Positions 62,511 to 64,000 of a stretch of 64,000 bases of DNA are shown piece by piece. Source of the DNA: Basidiobolus meristosporus CBS 931.73 (taxonomy: Eukaryota > Fungi > Basidiobolomycota). The notes beneath the pieces are model-generated. The model had not been told where the DNA came from, did no database searches, and was given only the letters and a program-made list of their open reading frames with translations. Location of the stretch: contig MCFE01000099.1 in assembly GCA_002104905.1 (NCBI GenBank), positions 62,001-126,000 of the forward strand, given 5' to 3'. Positions within the stretch are counted from its first letter, which is position 1, and each line of letters starts with the position of its first letter. The translations under genes and the position numbers were made by a program.

Positions 62511-64000
62511 CACAATAGTGTCCAACTTGCCAGGAATCCTCCACCATTGGGGGGAAATATTGCTTGCCCTCCAGATATACTCCTGTAATACCCTGTATAA
62601 AGAAGCTCATGCAGTCCAACAAATATTGTGAAGCTATAAAGTACCACACTCAGTAATTATCAAGTGCAAACATATCAGTTATATTTGATTGCAAACATTA
62701 CAAAAAGCTAGGAAGCAATGGCTACTTGGAAGGTCTGTATGACCATACCATTGCCTCAGCACTTGATGGATCCTCAATAAACTAGTTCTCTACCAGCAAA
62801 TCCTGCTGGCCACTGATTCTGATAAACCTGAATTTACCACCTATCTTATGGTATCAGAGACAAAATCTGATTGTAGTCTCACTGGTATCTGGGCCTAAAT
62901 CACCACCCAACCTGAATAGCTACCTGAATCCATTGCTGGATGAATTTGCATCCTTTCCAGTAGGATAGCAGTAAATGGCTGTCATGTAAAAGTACATATT
63001 ATTACCTGCATTGGAGATACCCCAGCCATCAGCAATATGGCCAGCTTTCCTGGGCACAATGGACAGTATTGCTGTCAAATATGTGAGATCTAGGTGACTT
63101 ACTCCAAAACTCACACACATTATTATTTCTTAAACACCAACACTAAGAACATCATCTTTCCACAGAAAGATTGTACAGAAGTCAGCATGGAATTGCTGCA
63201 AAGTTGGCAAGCTGTAAGCAATTGGCCAGAATATCAAGTTAATTGCAAACCAGGGATACTTAAGATAAAAGGTATTTGTTGGAGCAAAAGCTTTCCACTG
63301 GGAGCAATGCATTTGCTTTTCAACAATATCCCTATACTGATGGCCAAGTTGTACATGGGGCATTTCAGCTAAATGAATCCTTTGAGATACTAGAGAAACT
63401 TGAAAAATTGGCAAGATATTAAAGAGTATCTGATACCCTAAGTACTTCTCACATGCTCCAATCAATATTGATATGCATATGCAACAATAGTAGTACAAGG
63501 TTTGGATGAACTGGATATGTATTTATTCAAGTGGCCTTCTGAAGTCATTCCTACCAAGAATACATTGAAAGCATTGGGAGTTATATGTGGACATTGAAGG
63601 AATATTTATCCAGAAGCAGATCACCAATGCCAACTTAATACATCTACCACTTCTGTGTGAAGAGTTTGTGACCAGATTTGAGTGGCTATACTACAAACAT
63701 AAAGCTGAACACATAGTCCTCTGCTGCTACTGTATCTCTTTGTACTCCATCATGCTTGGTGTGCTGGGAATATTGAACCTTGCTTCACCTTTTGGGAGTC
63801 TCCTATGGAGCAGATGTGTGGGGAGATAGGAAGACAAGTCAAGTTGCAGGTACTACCATATCCAAATCTCATCAAGAATATTACCTTCATGTTTGTCATG
63901 GATGTGATGAGTTAGCACATGGAGGGCAGCCAGGAAGAGTTGGAAAATATTGCGGACAGATGTGCACATGGAGACACCTATGCCATTGGCATCAAAACAA

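Larger units (their letters stand above)
57227..62514 (+). mobile_element. Non-chromoviral Ty3/gypsy element D (fungal Ylt1/DUF4100-like type, tentative), 3' LTR almost entirely deleted
   Basis: 5' LTR, tRNA-Lys PBS, gag with CIWCDSTQHATREC knuckle, RT PYANRWFVTKKKNG..TIRDA..YSGYDQIPL, integrase; 4-bp TSD ATAG (57223-57226 and 62515-62518). Confidence 0.88.
55811..64000 (+). mobile_element. CACTA copy 4 (ORF2 5' part and transposase), interrupted by gypsy-D, runs off the window
   Basis: Homology to 2875-3960, resuming at 62515 across TSD ATAG; Tnp2 core GDTPAISNMASF. Confidence 0.88.

Noticed and set aside
1-64000. Naming the host species or invoking classical Neurospora RIP
   Set aside because: No host gene is present; the visible changes centre on CpG rather than CpA, and the spectrum was not computed

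Overview
This 64-kb window is eukaryotic, probably fungal (inferred only from the transposon lineages), and is a nested transposon graveyard. I found no host gene, RNA gene or CRISPR array. Junctions, terminal repeats and target-site duplications (TSDs) resolve most of it into: (i) about 8 decayed copies of one Ty1/copia family (copia-A, ~350-bp LTR, half-tRNA-iMet type PBS) plus a second family (copia-B); (ii) a chromodomain Ty3/gypsy element with a Tf1-like self-priming signature; (iii) a non-chromoviral gypsy element with a tRNA-Lys PBS and 4-bp TSD, plus several solo-LTR families; (iv) a CACTA/CMC family with CCCTATGAAAAAT TIRs, 3-bp TSD and a large divergent second ORF of unknown function; (v) a PIF/Harbinger-superfamily (PHIS, Pangu-like) two-ORF element with ANT TSDs and a 734-bp foldback derivative. 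The most unusual signals are a ~280-bp module shared between the chromovirus leader and the LTR of the unrelated gypsy family, the foldback element, the long CACTA ORF2, and CpG decay readable from TSD pairs. Family names rest on motif recognition, no database search was run, and coordinates of ragged junctions are approximate.
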